Of a stretch of DNA of 64,000 bases, positions 17,932 to 27,863 are shown piece after piece; position 1 is the first letter of the stretch, and each line of letters begins with the position of its first letter. The notes beneath the pieces are model-generated. The model did no database searches. It saw only the letters and a list, made by a program, of their open reading frames with translations, and was not told the origin of the DNA. Location of the stretch: NCBI GenBank assembly GCA_052388375.1, contig JBQTIG010000038.1, positions 927 through 64,926 of the forward strand. The letters are read 5' to 3'. The stretch comes from Planctomycetaceae bacterium (GTDB lineage Bacteria > Planctomycetota > PLA2). Position numbers and translations under genes: made by a program.

Positions 17932-19146
17932 ATGAGCCAGAGCGCGACGTCTCCCCAGGGGGTGCTGCGCGCCCCGCGGGTGCTCTTCGACCTCAAGTGC
18001 CTGCTGCTCGCCCTTGCGGGTTTCGTGGTCCTCTATCTCGTCAACCTCGGGCTGGAGAAGTGGTTCGGCCAGGGGAATCCGATCGGGCAGATGGTCACCC
18101 TTCTCGCGACCGAGATCGGTCGCGTGGCGTTCCTCGGTGACGGCTTCCGGCGTGCCATGGACGGAGTCTGGGGCCTGCAGCCGCACGCCTTGAACTGGTG
18201 GCAGGGGCTCGTGACCGCCTTCCTCTTTTTCGCGACGTGGGCGGTCTTCGGGGGAGCTCTCCTGCGCACCTGCGCGCTGCGGCTCACCCGTGACGAGCCG
18301 ATCTCCCTCTCGCAGGCGCTCGTGTTTTCCGGAAGGAACCTTCGGGCGTTCCTCATCGCGCCGGTGCTGGTCGCCGTCGTGGCGGGGTTCTTCCTCGTCT
18401 GCATCGCCGCGGCCGGCTTCGTGATCAGCCTCCCGTTCATCGGCTCGTGGATCCTGGTCCTCCTGCTCTGGCCCTTGAGCCTCCTCGCGGCGCTGCTGGC
18501 GATCCTGACCCTGGTGGCCGGGCTCTTCGGCCTTCCGCTCATGTGGGCCGGCATCGCCTTCGAGCGGAACGGCGCGCTCGAGGCGCTCTCCCGCGCCTTT
18601 TCCTACATCTTCGCTCGCCCGCTGCAGTTCTTCTTCGGCTACCTGCTCATCTTCGTGTTCATGAGCGTCGTGATCCTGGTGGGCGACTCCTTCGAGGACA
18701 CGGCCAAGGAGTCGGTGCGGGTCTGGGGCGTGCGGGAGTCCTTCAAGGACATCGTCGCCTACCGGATCCCGGACAATGTCGGCGCCCTCGAGCCCGCCCT
18801 TCGGCGGACGATGGAGCAGCGCACCCGCGGCATCGCCGACCTGGACAACATCAGGCACGCCGGCGTGAAGGATTACGTCGCCTTCGCCTGGATGTGGCTC
18901 TTCCTGAGCCTCTTCCTGCTCGCCTTCAAGGCCTACGCGCTCTACGTCTTCCTCGGAGGGACCGCCTCGCTCTATCTCATCCTGCGGCGCGATGTGGACG
19001 GCACGGACGAGGAGGAGGTCTATCTGCCCGACGAGGAGGTCTCCGTCCCGACCCCCGCCGAGCAGCCTCGGTGGGTGGGAGGAGAGAAGCCGGCGGATCC
19101 CGGACCGGGCGGGGCCGGCGCGAGTCCGGGCGATCCGAAGCAGTGA
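17932..19146 (+). CDS. Polytopic membrane protein of unknown function
   Basis: It has at least 7 predicted TM helices, high GC3 and an acidic C-terminal tail. Confidence 0.55.
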   Translation: MSQSATSPQGVLRAPRVLFDLKCLLLALAGFVVLYLVNLGLEKWFGQGNPIGQMVTLLATEIGRVAFLGDGFRRAMDGVWGLQPHALNWWQGLVTAFLFFATWAVFGGALLRTCALRLTRDEPISLSQALVFSGRNLRAFLIAPVLVAVVAGFFLVCIAAAGFVISLPFIGSWILVLLLWPLSLLAALLAILTLVAGLFGLPLMWAGIAFERNGALEALSRAFSYIFARPLQFFFGYLLIFVFMSVVILVGDSFEDTAKESVRVWGVRESFKDIVAYRIPDNVGALEPALRRTMEQRTRGIADLDNIRHAGVKDYVAFAWMWLFLSLFLLAFKAYALYVFLGGTASLYLILRRDVDGTDEEEVYLPDEEVSVPTPAEQPRWVGGEKPADPGPGGAGASPGDPKQ

Positions 19147-20471
19147 AGAGGGGCGCGGTGCGGCTTGGTCCGGACGTGCTCGCGCGTGCCCGCGTCCATC
19201 TGGCGCGCACGGAGGAGGATCTCGCCCGGGCCATCGAGTTCTTCGGCACGTCGCGCGCCCGGGAAATCGTGGAGGGCCATCCGGAGGAGCGCGGATGCAT
19301 CCGGATGCTGGAGTTGGAAGGGACCATCCTCGCGGCGCTCCTCTTCGATCCCCGGCCGCTCGCGATCCGCGGCGCGCCGGTGCCCTGCGCGCGCATCGTC
19401 GAGACCGCGGGCGAGGATGGCCGGCGCCACTTCCGTGAGACCGGGGAATGCGAGCCGTTCGAGTTCCTGCTGGAAGAGCTGCTCGGCTATCTCTGGGCGC
19501 GCTCCTATCCTCTGGTCTACGCCCACGGCGAGGTCGCGCTCTATGCCCGCAAGGGATTCGTCCCCACGTTCCTGCACCCCCGGGCCTACGTGGACGTGGC
19601 GGCGGCCCTGCGCCTCCCCGCCCCCTACCGCGTCCGCCGGCTGAAAACCGACGACATCCGCCGCATCCCGGAGTTGCGGGTGCCCGGCGCCGCCGAGCAG
19701 CCCTCCGTCCTCGCCTCGGGGGTGCCGGCGTTCCACCACTTCTGCGTGGAGAGCCCGGCGCACGGCCTGCGCGGCTGGTTCAGCCTCGAAGTGTCTGCCG
19801 CCTCCCCATGGCACCCCAAGGTGTTCGTGCCCGAAGTGGAGCTCCTGGATCGCGAAGCCGCCTGCACGGTCCTGCGCCACTGCGCCGCGGAGGCGGCACG
19901 ACTCGACCTGACGGAAATCCACTTCAACGTCGGTGCCGGCCATCCCCTCGGCCGGCTCTGTCTCGAGCTGGGCGGGCGCGCCGTGGTCCGCGGCGCCAGC
20001 GCCGACGCGGGGAAGAGCGAGGAGATGCTCTGCCAGGTGGCGCGCGGGCCCCTCCTGAAGGCGCTCCTGCCGGGCATGGGTCAGCGCCTCGCGCGCTCCG
20101 CCTACGCCGAGGAGAACCGCAAGCTGGCGCTGGCTTCGGAGCGCGGCGCCATCCTGCTCGATCTGCGCCGAGGGACGATCCACGCGTCGGCAACCGAGCC
20201 CCCCGCCCCCGACCACGCCCTGATCCTCCCGGATTGGCAGCTCACGCAGCTGCTCGCCGGATATCGCGGAATCCGCGAGGTGGAGTGGCCCACCTCCCCG
20301 GTCGAGGTGGACATCCTGGACGTGCTCTTGCCCAAGGCGCCGCTCTACTCCCTTCCCGACCCCGACCACTGGGACGCGGTCCCTCCGCGGCAACCGCGCT
20401 CGAGCGAGGCAGAGGCGGTGGTGCGCGCTACGACCCTGCCGTGGGCCGCCGTTCCGCCACCAGGATCCTGA
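19143..20471 (+). CDS. GNAT-family acetyltransferase with C-terminal extension (Eis-like)
   Basis: Its GTG start overlaps the upstream stop as GTGA. An acetyl-CoA binding region follows (VYAHGEVALYARKGF). Confidence 0.5.
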   Translation: MKRGAVRLGPDVLARARVHLARTEEDLARAIEFFGTSRAREIVEGHPEERGCIRMLELEGTILAALLFDPRPLAIRGAPVPCARIVETAGEDGRRHFRETGECEPFEFLLEELLGYLWARSYPLVYAHGEVALYARKGFVPTFLHPRAYVDVAAALRLPAPYRVRRLKTDDIRRIPELRVPGAAEQPSVLASGVPAFHHFCVESPAHGLRGWFSLEVSAASPWHPKVFVPEVELLDREAACTVLRHCAAEAARLDLTEIHFNVGAGHPLGRLCLELGGRAVVRGASADAGKSEEMLCQVARGPLLKALLPGMGQRLARSAYAEENRKLALASERGAILLDLRRGTIHASATEPPAPDHALILPDWQLTQLLAGYRGIREVEWPTSPVEVDILDVLLPKAPLYSLPDPDHWDAVPPRQPRSSEAEAVVRATTLPWAAVPPPGS

Positions 20472-21087
20472 GGGAGTGCACGAGAGGGAAGCGCGCGAGA
20501 TCGGCCACGGCTCGAAAGCCGCACCGCGCGAAGCGCGCGGCCATCGCCGCCGGGGTCTCGGGGTGCTTGCCCGGCGCTCGGCCGCGGCGACGCGCCTGCC
20601 AGGCGCGCTTCCTGCAGGTGAAGGATCGCGCATCGAGGTAGGAGGCGAGGACAAAGCGCCCCGCGATGCGGCAGAGCTCGCGGGCGACGCGGTCGCGGAG
20701 CTCCTCGCTCGGGAAGTGGTGGAAGAGGCGGAAGCAGAAGACGGCATCGAAGGCGCGGTCGGCGTACCCGCTCGCCTCGAGGTCGCGCGCCTCCGCGGAG
20801 ATCGCGAGCCCCTCCGCGACGAACCGGGCGCGCGCCAGTTCCACCATGGCGGGCGAGACGTCGGCGGCGGCCACGCGATAGCCCATGAGGGCGAGCTTCG
20901 CGCTCAGGCGTCCCGACCCGCAGGGCGCGTCGAGGACGGTCGCGCCGGCGGGCACATGGCGGAACGCGCGCGCCACCAGCGCCCGCTCGGCTCGGTTCGC
21001 GCGGGTGGGTCGGTCCTTCGTGGCGGCGTACCGCGCGGCGCGATCGGCGTCGTAGTGCTTGCGGTAGGGCTCGACGGGTTGCTGCAC
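20428..21087 (-). CDS. Class I SAM-dependent methyltransferase
   Basis: Motif I reads VLDAPCGSGRLSAKLALMGYRVAAADVS. The 3' end overlaps the convergent GNAT gene by 44 nt. Confidence 0.75.
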   Translation of the reverse strand: MQQPVEPYRKHYDADRAARYAATKDRPTRANRAERALVARAFRHVPAGATVLDAPCGSGRLSAKLALMGYRVAAADVSPAMVELARARFVAEGLAISAEARDLEASGYADRAFDAVFCFRLFHHFPSEELRDRVARELCRIAGRFVLASYLDARSFTCRKRAWQARRRGRAPGKHPETPAAMAARFARCGFRAVADLARFPLVHSLRILVAERRPTAGS

Positions 21088-21149
21088 GGGCAGCGCGGAT
21101 CCTAGCCGCCCCGCCCCCGATCCGACAAATCTCCCCGTACAATCGCGCC

Positions 21150-23363
21150 ATGCGCCTGCTGGCCGCCCTCCTCGCGTTCGCCCTCCCCGCCCTCGCGCAG
21201 GGCCTTCCCCCGGCGAGCCGTATCGACGGCTGGACTTCCCAGAAGACGCAGCAGCGTCTGCGCCTCGAATGGGACTCGGTTCCCGACGCCACGCCGATCA
21301 AGCTCCCCGACGGGACCACCGAGCCCGCGCAGTCGCCCTGGCCGTTCCTGCTCTACGTCCAGAATCTCGACACCAAGTCGAGCGAGAAGATCGACGCCAA
21401 CATCCTCTCGGACACCCGCTTCTCCCTCGCTTCGCGAGTCTGCCGGATCATCCGCATCTCCCCCACCAAGGCGATCGACTTGCCCTACCTCGCCGTGGTG
21501 GAGGGCATCAAGGACCCTTCCATCGTCGTGTTCGACCGCGACTTCACCGTGGTCGGCGTTCTCAACGAGCAAAAGGAGTTCACCGCCGACCGCTGCCTGG
21601 GGCTCATGGCGAAGGCGATCGACGCGGCCTGCACGCGGCCCCTGGGGCCGTGGCTGAAGGAGTACGTCACGCTGCTCCAGGACGCGGAGAAGCTCTGGAA
21701 GGAGGAGCGGCGCATCGAGGACCTCGCGTCGCGCTCGGGCGACAAGAGCGAGGCGGACCGCCAGAAGGGGTTCCGGGAGGTAGAGGAGCTGGAACAGGCG
21801 CTCAAGGCGGAGGAGGAGAAGCTGCTCGATCGCGAGGAGGCGCTCAAGGCTTCCATGGCGGTGAAGGCCGAGGAGGCGGCGGCGCTCCCGACGACCACCG
21901 GGAAGGGCCGGGACAAGCGCGCCTTGACGCCGCAGGAGATGGAGGCCATGGGGGCCTTCCGTCGCTTCGCCCGCGACAAGAACCCGCTCGTGCGCGCCGC
22001 CGCGGTGGAGGATCTCGGATCCGTCGATTCGGCCCCCATCGTCGACTTGATCCTCACCGCCGCCAACGACGTCGATGTGCGCGTGATCCGCGCCGCGGGG
22101 GTGGCACTCGGGAAGATGCGCGCTCCCGAATCCCTCGATGCCATGACCGCGGCCCTGGCGGCGGGCAAGTCCTCCACCCGCGAGGCTGCGCTGCTCGGCT
22201 TCGCCCACGGCGTGCCCCACGCCGCCGCGGTGGCCGGCATCGTGGCCTGCCTCGAGAGCGGGAGCGACGACCAGCGCCGCTACGCGATGGAGGCGCTCGC
22301 GCGCCAGCGCGATCCCGCCGCGGTGGAGCCCCTGATCCGCGGGGTGCAGCGCGGACTACCCGCGCTGCGGGTTCTGGCCGCCACCGCCCTGGGCGAGATC
22401 CGCGCGCCGGCGGCGGCGGCCGCTCTGCTCGCCTGCCTCGCAGAGAGCGATTGGTCGCTCAAGAAGGCGGCGGCGGAGGCCCTCGGCAAGATACGCGTGA
22501 GGGAGGCGATCGAACCCCTTCTGGCGCGGCTCGAAGCGGAAGAGGGGCTCATGCTGGAGGTGATCCAGGCGGCGCTCGTCTCCACGACCGGCCAGGACTT
22601 CGGGTACAAGATCGAGAACTGGAAGCGCTGGTGGGTCATGGCCGGTCCCACCTTTCGCGTACCCACCGACGCGGAAGTCTTGAAGGCGAGGGCGCTGGCC
22701 GAGAAGGCGCTCGAGGGCTACGCCAAGCCGGACAAGCGCAAGTACCACAAGATCGAGACCCTCTCGCGCAAGATGGTGTTCATCATCGACATCTCCTCCT
22801 CCATGGGGGACAAGATCATCATCCCGCCGGACGCGCCGGCCTCCGCGGCGGAGGAGTTCCCCGACCGCATCAAGATGGAGATCGCGAAACGGGAGCTGAT
22901 CGAGATCCTCGCGACGCTGGACGGCAACGTCTACTTCAACATCATCGTGTTCGCGGGCCGCGCGAAGCTCTGGCAGGACACTCTGGTGCCGGGCTCGATG
23001 CGCACGGCGGCGATCAAGTTCGTGGCGGACCTGAAGCCGATCGCGCAGGGCGGCCGCAAGTCGGGCGGCGACGAGCAGAAGACCAACACCTACGGCGCCC
23101 TGGCCGCCGCCTTCGAGCAGAGCGACGCCGCCATACCCAACTGGAAGTCGCGGTCGCAGGTGGACACCATCTTCCTCGTGACCGACGGGCTCCCCACGAT
23201 CGGGGACATCGTCGATGTGCCCAAGCTCATCGACGCGGTGACCGAGTGGAACCGCACCCGCGGCGTGGTCATCCACGTCATCTGCTTCAACAAGCAGGAC
23301 GGCCAGCGCCTCGCGCCCTTGGCCACGCGCAACGGCGGGAAGTACGTGCTGCGGGGGTTCTGA
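21150..23363 (+). CDS. Secreted HEAT-repeat + von Willebrand factor A domain protein (paralog 1)
   Basis: A signal peptide is followed by a coiled-coil region, PBS-lyase-type HEAT repeats (LVRAAAVEDLG, VRVIRAAGVALG), a GQDFGYKIENWKRWW motif and a VWA domain with an imperfect MIDAS (FIIDISSSMGD; the canonical DxSxS has I at the second position). Confidence 0.8.
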   Translation: MRLLAALLAFALPALAQGLPPASRIDGWTSQKTQQRLRLEWDSVPDATPIKLPDGTTEPAQSPWPFLLYVQNLDTKSSEKIDANILSDTRFSLASRVCRIIRISPTKAIDLPYLAVVEGIKDPSIVVFDRDFTVVGVLNEQKEFTADRCLGLMAKAIDAACTRPLGPWLKEYVTLLQDAEKLWKEERRIEDLASRSGDKSEADRQKGFREVEELEQALKAEEEKLLDREEALKASMAVKAEEAAALPTTTGKGRDKRALTPQEMEAMGAFRRFARDKNPLVRAAAVEDLGSVDSAPIVDLILTAANDVDVRVIRAAGVALGKMRAPESLDAMTAALAAGKSSTREAALLGFAHGVPHAAAVAGIVACLESGSDDQRRYAMEALARQRDPAAVEPLIRGVQRGLPALRVLAATALGEIRAPAAAAALLACLAESDWSLKKAAAEALGKIRVREAIEPLLARLEAEEGLMLEVIQAALVSTTGQDFGYKIENWKRWWVMAGPTFRVPTDAEVLKARALAEKALEGYAKPDKRKYHKIETLSRKMVFIIDISSSMGDKIIIPPDAPASAAEEFPDRIKMEIAKRELIEILATLDGNVYFNIIVFAGRAKLWQDTLVPGSMRTAAIKFVADLKPIAQGGRKSGGDEQKTNTYGALAAAFEQSDAAIPNWKSRSQVDTIFLVTDGLPTIGDIVDVPKLIDAVTEWNRTRGVVIHVICFNKQDGQRLAPLATRNGGKYVLRGF

Positions 23364-23369
23364 CGCGGC

Positions 23370-24002
23370 CTACGGCAAGGGCCGGTAGGCGAGCGATCCG
23401 GCGTGGTAGCGGTTGGGGGGCAGGGCGCCGTAGTAGTCGTCCACCACATCGGGAAACGCGTCGGGATCCTCCGCGTAGCGTCCGGAACCGACGCTCGCCA
23501 GCAGGCCGTCCCCATCATCGAAGAGGGGAGGAGGGTCGATGGCGAGATCCCCGTGGACGTTTGCGTTGCGGTCGAGGTTCCCGGCGGGATACCCCACCAC
23601 GATCGTCCCCTCGAATCCGGCCTCCAGGAGCACCGGCGCGGCAAGGTCGACGTAGCGGAACCCCCCCTGCAGCGTGCCCCCGCCGGCGGGCAGGTCGACC
23701 GAAGCGACCATCACGCCGGTGCGGTCGTAGATGCGGACGGTGTGGTCGGAGGCGAGCCCGTCCTCCTGCCAGTCGAAGACGCCCAGGGAGGTCACCTCGA
23801 TGTCTCCCTGCAGGACGTCGAAGTCCAGGCCGAGGGAGAATCCCGCCAGGAGCTGGTCCGGCTCGAAGCCGGGCTCGACGGCGTCGAGGTTGGACGAGAA
23901 TGCGTAGACGAGCGGCGCCGGCGGGGCCCCGCTCCCGTTGCAAGCCGCGGCAAGGGAAAGCGCCGACGCGGCCACCGTCTTGAGGATCCATCGGAGTTGC
24001 AT
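23370..24002 (-). CDS. Lipoprotein of unknown function
   Basis: It has a signal peptide with lipobox (LAAACNG) and high GC3. Confidence 0.5.
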   Translation of the reverse strand: MQLRWILKTVAASALSLAAACNGSGAPPAPLVYAFSSNLDAVEPGFEPDQLLAGFSLGLDFDVLQGDIEVTSLGVFDWQEDGLASDHTVRIYDRTGVMVASVDLPAGGGTLQGGFRYVDLAAPVLLEAGFEGTIVVGYPAGNLDRNANVHGDLAIDPPPLFDDGDGLLASVGSGRYAEDPDAFPDVVDDYYGALPPNRYHAGSLAYRPLP

Positions 24003-24307
24003 GCCCGTCTCCTTGCGCCTCGTCGCGACAGCCCGCCATCCGCGCCGGCCCTGCCGCGACCCGAGGTCTTCTCGCGAAACCCTATGCCAGGGCGCGGGGG
24101 CGGCAACCGCCGAATCCCGTCGCCGGCTCGAAGTGAGACAGCCGAGAGACGCCTCACCCGGGTCCTCCTCGTCCTATCCCTGCGCCGGCACGCGGCGGGA
24201 CGCTTCGCGGACATCCCGCCGGGTTGCGCCGCGCGCCCCACGCGCTGGGGCGCAGGGCGGGACGGCCTTGGGCACGGGAGGCCCCCGCCCCCCTCCTGCG
24301 CATCCCC

Positions 24308-25000
24308 TTACGCCCGCTGCGTCCGGAACGCGAGGCGGCGTTGCATGGTCGAGCCCAGGGCGGCGAGGCGCGCCCGCACCGCCCCCGCCACTTCGCGCGC
24401 GGGCGGAAGGGCGTCGCCCGCGACCACCACACGATTGAAGTATCCCCTTACCTCGATGCAGACGGCGCGAGGAAAGGGCGCGGCAACGGCGCGCAGCAGC
24501 TCCGGCCACGTGCGGCCCGGATGCGGCAGGAGGTTGGTCGCCGCGACTCCGCCGGGCAGGAGCGCGTCGCGCACCATCGCGGGGAGTTCCCCAAAGCTCG
24601 CCTCCGGCTTCGTCGTGCCCGCGACGCCCGTCACCGTGAGGTCCTCGACGATCGCGTGGTAGCTCCCCGGCCTGCCGCGCAGCCAGGCGCCGGCCTCGTT
24701 GCGCGCCAGCCGCACCTCTCCCGCCCAGCCCGCGGCGAGCTCCCGGAACAGCGCTTCCCCTTCGCGCGAGAGATCCACCGCTTCGAGGGCGTGCCCGTAG
24801 CCCATCGCGCGCAGGGGAGCGACGATGCCTCCGCCCGCGAATCCCAGGAGCGCGCAGCGCGGTCCGGGGGCGAGAGCCGCGACGCACGCGGCGAGCAGGT
24901 CGCCGAGGCAGTGCGTGGGGCCCGGCCGGTCGAGGACTTCGCTCAGGATGGCGTCCCCCTCGAGCAGTCGGGCTCCGGTGGCGGTGCGGACGACTCTCAT
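24308..25000 (-). CDS. Spermidine-synthase-like / class I methyltransferase-fold protein
   Basis: A glycine-rich loop (LGFAGGGIVAPL) precedes an acidic residue. The start is ambiguous between ATG 25000 and GTG 25039. Confidence 0.4.
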   Translation of the reverse strand: MRVVRTATGARLLEGDAILSEVLDRPGPTHCLGDLLAACVAALAPGPRCALLGFAGGGIVAPLRAMGYGHALEAVDLSREGEALFRELAAGWAGEVRLARNEAGAWLRGRPGSYHAIVEDLTVTGVAGTTKPEASFGELPAMVRDALLPGGVAATNLLPHPGRTWPELLRAVAAPFPRAVCIEVRGYFNRVVVAGDALPPAREVAGAVRARLAALGSTMQRRLAFRTQRA

Positions 25001-25070
25001 GCGCGCCCGCCACTCTATCCCCGCGCCCGCGACGAGCACGCATTCGCGTCATCCCGTAGGGTGGAGCCGC

Positions 25071-26513
25071 ATGAAGGCGTACGATCTGATCATCCTGGGC
25101 GGCGGCGGCGCGTCCGCGCTGGCGCGCCGGGCCGGCAAGGCGGGCCTGAAGACGGCGCTCCTCGACCCGGGCCCCCTCGGGGGAACTTGTCCCAACCGCG
25201 GCTGCATCCCGTCCAAGCTGCTGCTCCAGCACGCCACGCTCGCGCAATCCATCCGCAGGGCGAAGCGGTTCCACATCGCCGCAAGCCTCGGCCGCATCGA
25301 CACGCGAGCCATCCTTGCGAGGATGCGCGCCACCATCGGCGGCACGCACGACGCCATCCGCCGCTCCCTGGGACGCGGCGTGCGGCACCTGCCCCACGCG
25401 GGGGAGTTCGAGGACGCGCGCACGATCCGCGCCGGCGGCGAGCGGCTCACCGCCGGGCGCATCGTCATCGCCACCGGGACGCGGCCGGCGCGCCCCCGCG
25501 GCATCGACGCGCCCTACGTCGTGAGCGACGACCTGTTCCTGCTCGATCAGGCGCCGCGATCGCTGATTCTCGTGGGCGGCGGATTCATCGCCTGCGAGTT
25601 CGCCCACTTCTTCGCGGGGGTGGGCACGCGGGTCACGGTTCTCGAGCGCGGGCCGGAGCTGCTCGCGCACGAGGACGCGGATGTGCGGCGCGCGTTCGCG
25701 AAGGCGTTCGCCCCGCGGATCGATCTGCGCACGGAGAGAGCGGTGGAACGGGTCTCCTTCGCGCGCGGGAGGTTCCGGGTCGAGCTCTCGGGAGGGGGGC
25801 GGGGGCGCATCCCCGCGAAGAACGGCCGGCGAGGCGCCAGGCCTTCGCGTGCGCACGCCCGGGGGCTGGAGACGGTCACCGCCGACGCGCTGGTGTACGC
25901 CATCGGGCGCGTACCCAACAGCGACACGCTGCGTCTCGATCGCGCCGGTGTCGCCACCGACGAGCGCGGCTACGTGAGGGTGAACGGCTACCTCGAGACG
26001 AGCGTCCCTGGAATCTGGGCCTGCGGCGACGCCAACGGCCGGCACCTCTTCACGCACGCCGCCACGGCCCAGGTGGAGTACCTGGGAGACCGGCTGGTGG
26101 ACCGCCACCCGCGCCTTCCGCTCGACCACGGGCCGATGCCGCACGCCGTCTTCACCGACCCGGAGATCGGTTCGGTGGGCGAGACGGAGGACCAGCTCCT
26201 GGCGCGCGGCGCGCGGTACGTGAAATCGGTTGTCGGCTACGCGGACGTGCCGAAGGGCACCGCGCTCCAGGAAGAGCATGGCCTCGCCAAGCTCCTCGCC
26301 TCGCCGCGCGGCGAGATCCTGGGATTCCACGTCGTGGGACCGGAGGCCTCGATCCTCCTCCACCAGGTGGTGCCGGTGATGCGCTGGCGCAACCACGTCT
26401 CCTCGCTCACCGGCGCCGTCACGGTCCACCCCTCGCTCAACGAACTGGTCGCCGCGGCCGCCTGGGATCTCCTCGACAGGCTGCCCCGATCGGCGCGGCG
26501 GGGACCGACCTGA
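25071..26513 (+). CDS. Pyridine nucleotide-disulfide oxidoreductase, class I (dihydrolipoyl dehydrogenase / mercuric-reductase-like)
   Basis: It has an FAD-binding GGG motif, the redox disulfide GGTCPNRGCIPSK, an NAD-binding GGGFIACEF and a C-terminal dimerisation domain with the HP motif. Confidence 0.8.
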   Translation: MKAYDLIILGGGGASALARRAGKAGLKTALLDPGPLGGTCPNRGCIPSKLLLQHATLAQSIRRAKRFHIAASLGRIDTRAILARMRATIGGTHDAIRRSLGRGVRHLPHAGEFEDARTIRAGGERLTAGRIVIATGTRPARPRGIDAPYVVSDDLFLLDQAPRSLILVGGGFIACEFAHFFAGVGTRVTVLERGPELLAHEDADVRRAFAKAFAPRIDLRTERAVERVSFARGRFRVELSGGGRGRIPAKNGRRGARPSRAHARGLETVTADALVYAIGRVPNSDTLRLDRAGVATDERGYVRVNGYLETSVPGIWACGDANGRHLFTHAATAQVEYLGDRLVDRHPRLPLDHGPMPHAVFTDPEIGSVGETEDQLLARGARYVKSVVGYADVPKGTALQEEHGLAKLLASPRGEILGFHVVGPEASILLHQVVPVMRWRNHVSSLTGAVTVHPSLNELVAAAAWDLLDRLPRSARRGPT

Positions 26514-26590
26514 CCCACGCCGGGTGCGCCGGCCGTGGCGTACCCCACCGCCGCAATCCCATTTCCGACAAGCACTTATGCGCTTCCCGG

Positions 26591-26605
26591 ACTTGCAGTG
26601 CAAGT
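26591..26605. other. Perfect palindrome ACTTGCA-G-TGCAAGT between convergent genes
   Basis: A 7-bp inverted repeat with a 1-nt spacer, sitting in the 104-nt gap between the oxidoreductase and the secreted-protein gene. There is no U-tract. Confidence 0.4.
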
Positions 26606-26617
26606 CTGAGCGAGGGG

Positions 26618-27790
26618 CTACTTCTTGGCGTATTGGGTGCGGACGTACTCTTGCCAGCGGGCATGGAGGACGTTGGGGGTGACGCCGAAGGCGTACTCGA
26701 TGCATTGCGCGGCGGTGGGCTTCTCCACGGTGTCGTCGATCTTGTCGAAGATCTTCGCGAATCGGATCGGGTCGGTGGCGATCATCCACTCCACGATCGA
26801 CCAGCTGAGCCCCTGCTCCTCGCCGGACAGTTCGCCGGGTTGGAGCTTCTCGCACCACTGGCCCAGCGGCGCGTCCTTGCCGCGGCGGACGATGTTGAGG
26901 ATGGTCGATTTCCATTCGGGCTTCTGGAACATCGTGGGCGCCTTTCCCTCGGACCAGCAGAAGGTGTTCGGCGAGGTCGCCTCGCGCCGCTCGTAGTAGT
27001 GCGCCAGGCCCTCCTCGAGCCAGGCCGGCGTCTCGCGGTAGTAGTTGCCGGCGCCGTCGGCGAGGTTGTGCGCCACGTTGTGGAAGATCGTGTTGTTCAG
27101 CTGGCGGTCCCCCCCGGGAACCTGCTGGGCCGCGTGGGTGAACATCATGAAGTTCGGCTCGCCCCGGTTGTGGTGCTGGATGCCCGCCTTGTCGTTGGAC
27201 TTGCCGATGAACTGGTCCACGAGGGAGTGGTGGTCGGCGTACTTCTCGAACAGGTAGAGCTCGTAGGGAGCCCCCATGCCGAGGTAGGGCTTGGCGATCG
27301 CCGTGAGCGCGGCGAAGTGGGCGTAGAGCCGCTCCATGCGCACATGGTAGAGGTGCGCCCGCTCGTGGGGGTCGAGCATCGTGCCCTGCAGGCCCGCCGT
27401 GATCTTGGGGAAGATCGCCTTCAGCCGCTCGAAGTCGCTCCAGTAGAAGACGCTGTCGGACGGCTTCACCTTCTCGCCGTGGAGGGTGCTCAGGATCTTG
27501 AAGTGGGGCGTCTGGATGGCGATCCACTTCCCCTCCACCTGGAGCTTCTGCACCAACTCCCCCACCGGCACGCGCATCATGGAGATGGGCTTTCCCTCCT
27601 CCGCCGGCAGTATCCCCTCCTCGATGCACCGGGTGCAGGTCCAGGGGGTGAAGAGGATCTCCAGGGGCGTCCCCGGCGTGCGCGGATGGGACTCATCCAC
27701 GCGATCGGATCCCGCCGCCGCGGGACTCGCGACGGCTACGAACGCCAGGCTGGCGACGAAGGCGACGGACAGGGGGGTGGCCCGCTTCAT
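26618..27790 (-). CDS. Secreted protein of unknown function, in a locally low-GC region
   Basis: It has a signal peptide (MKRATPLSVAFVASLAFVAVASPAAAG). The first ATG is at 27790. GC is about 62% against a flank of about 72%, and the protein is rich in K/N/Y/W/H. Confidence 0.6.
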   Translation of the reverse strand: MKRATPLSVAFVASLAFVAVASPAAAGSDRVDESHPRTPGTPLEILFTPWTCTRCIEEGILPAEEGKPISMMRVPVGELVQKLQVEGKWIAIQTPHFKILSTLHGEKVKPSDSVFYWSDFERLKAIFPKITAGLQGTMLDPHERAHLYHVRMERLYAHFAALTAIAKPYLGMGAPYELYLFEKYADHHSLVDQFIGKSNDKAGIQHHNRGEPNFMMFTHAAQQVPGGDRQLNNTIFHNVAHNLADGAGNYYRETPAWLEEGLAHYYERREATSPNTFCWSEGKAPTMFQKPEWKSTILNIVRRGKDAPLGQWCEKLQPGELSGEEQGLSWSIVEWMIATDPIRFAKIFDKIDDTVEKPTAAQCIEYAFGVTPNVLHARWQEYVRTQYAKK

Positions 27791-27863
27791 GCCCGATCGA
27801 TTATGCAATGAAACGGGCCCTTCCGCTCCCGGAAGGGCCCGCCCGACTGCCGGTTCCCTACGC

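Noticed and set aside
24174-27811. Very long ORFs of 1151 aa (minus) and 1195 aa (plus) spanning 24.2-27.8 kb
   Set aside because: They are extremely Arg/Gly/Pro/Ala-rich and low-complexity with no motifs. They are antisense or out of frame relative to genes with clear domain signatures: the Lpd-like oxidoreductase, the methyltransferase and the secreted protein. This is the typical high-GC six-frame artefact.
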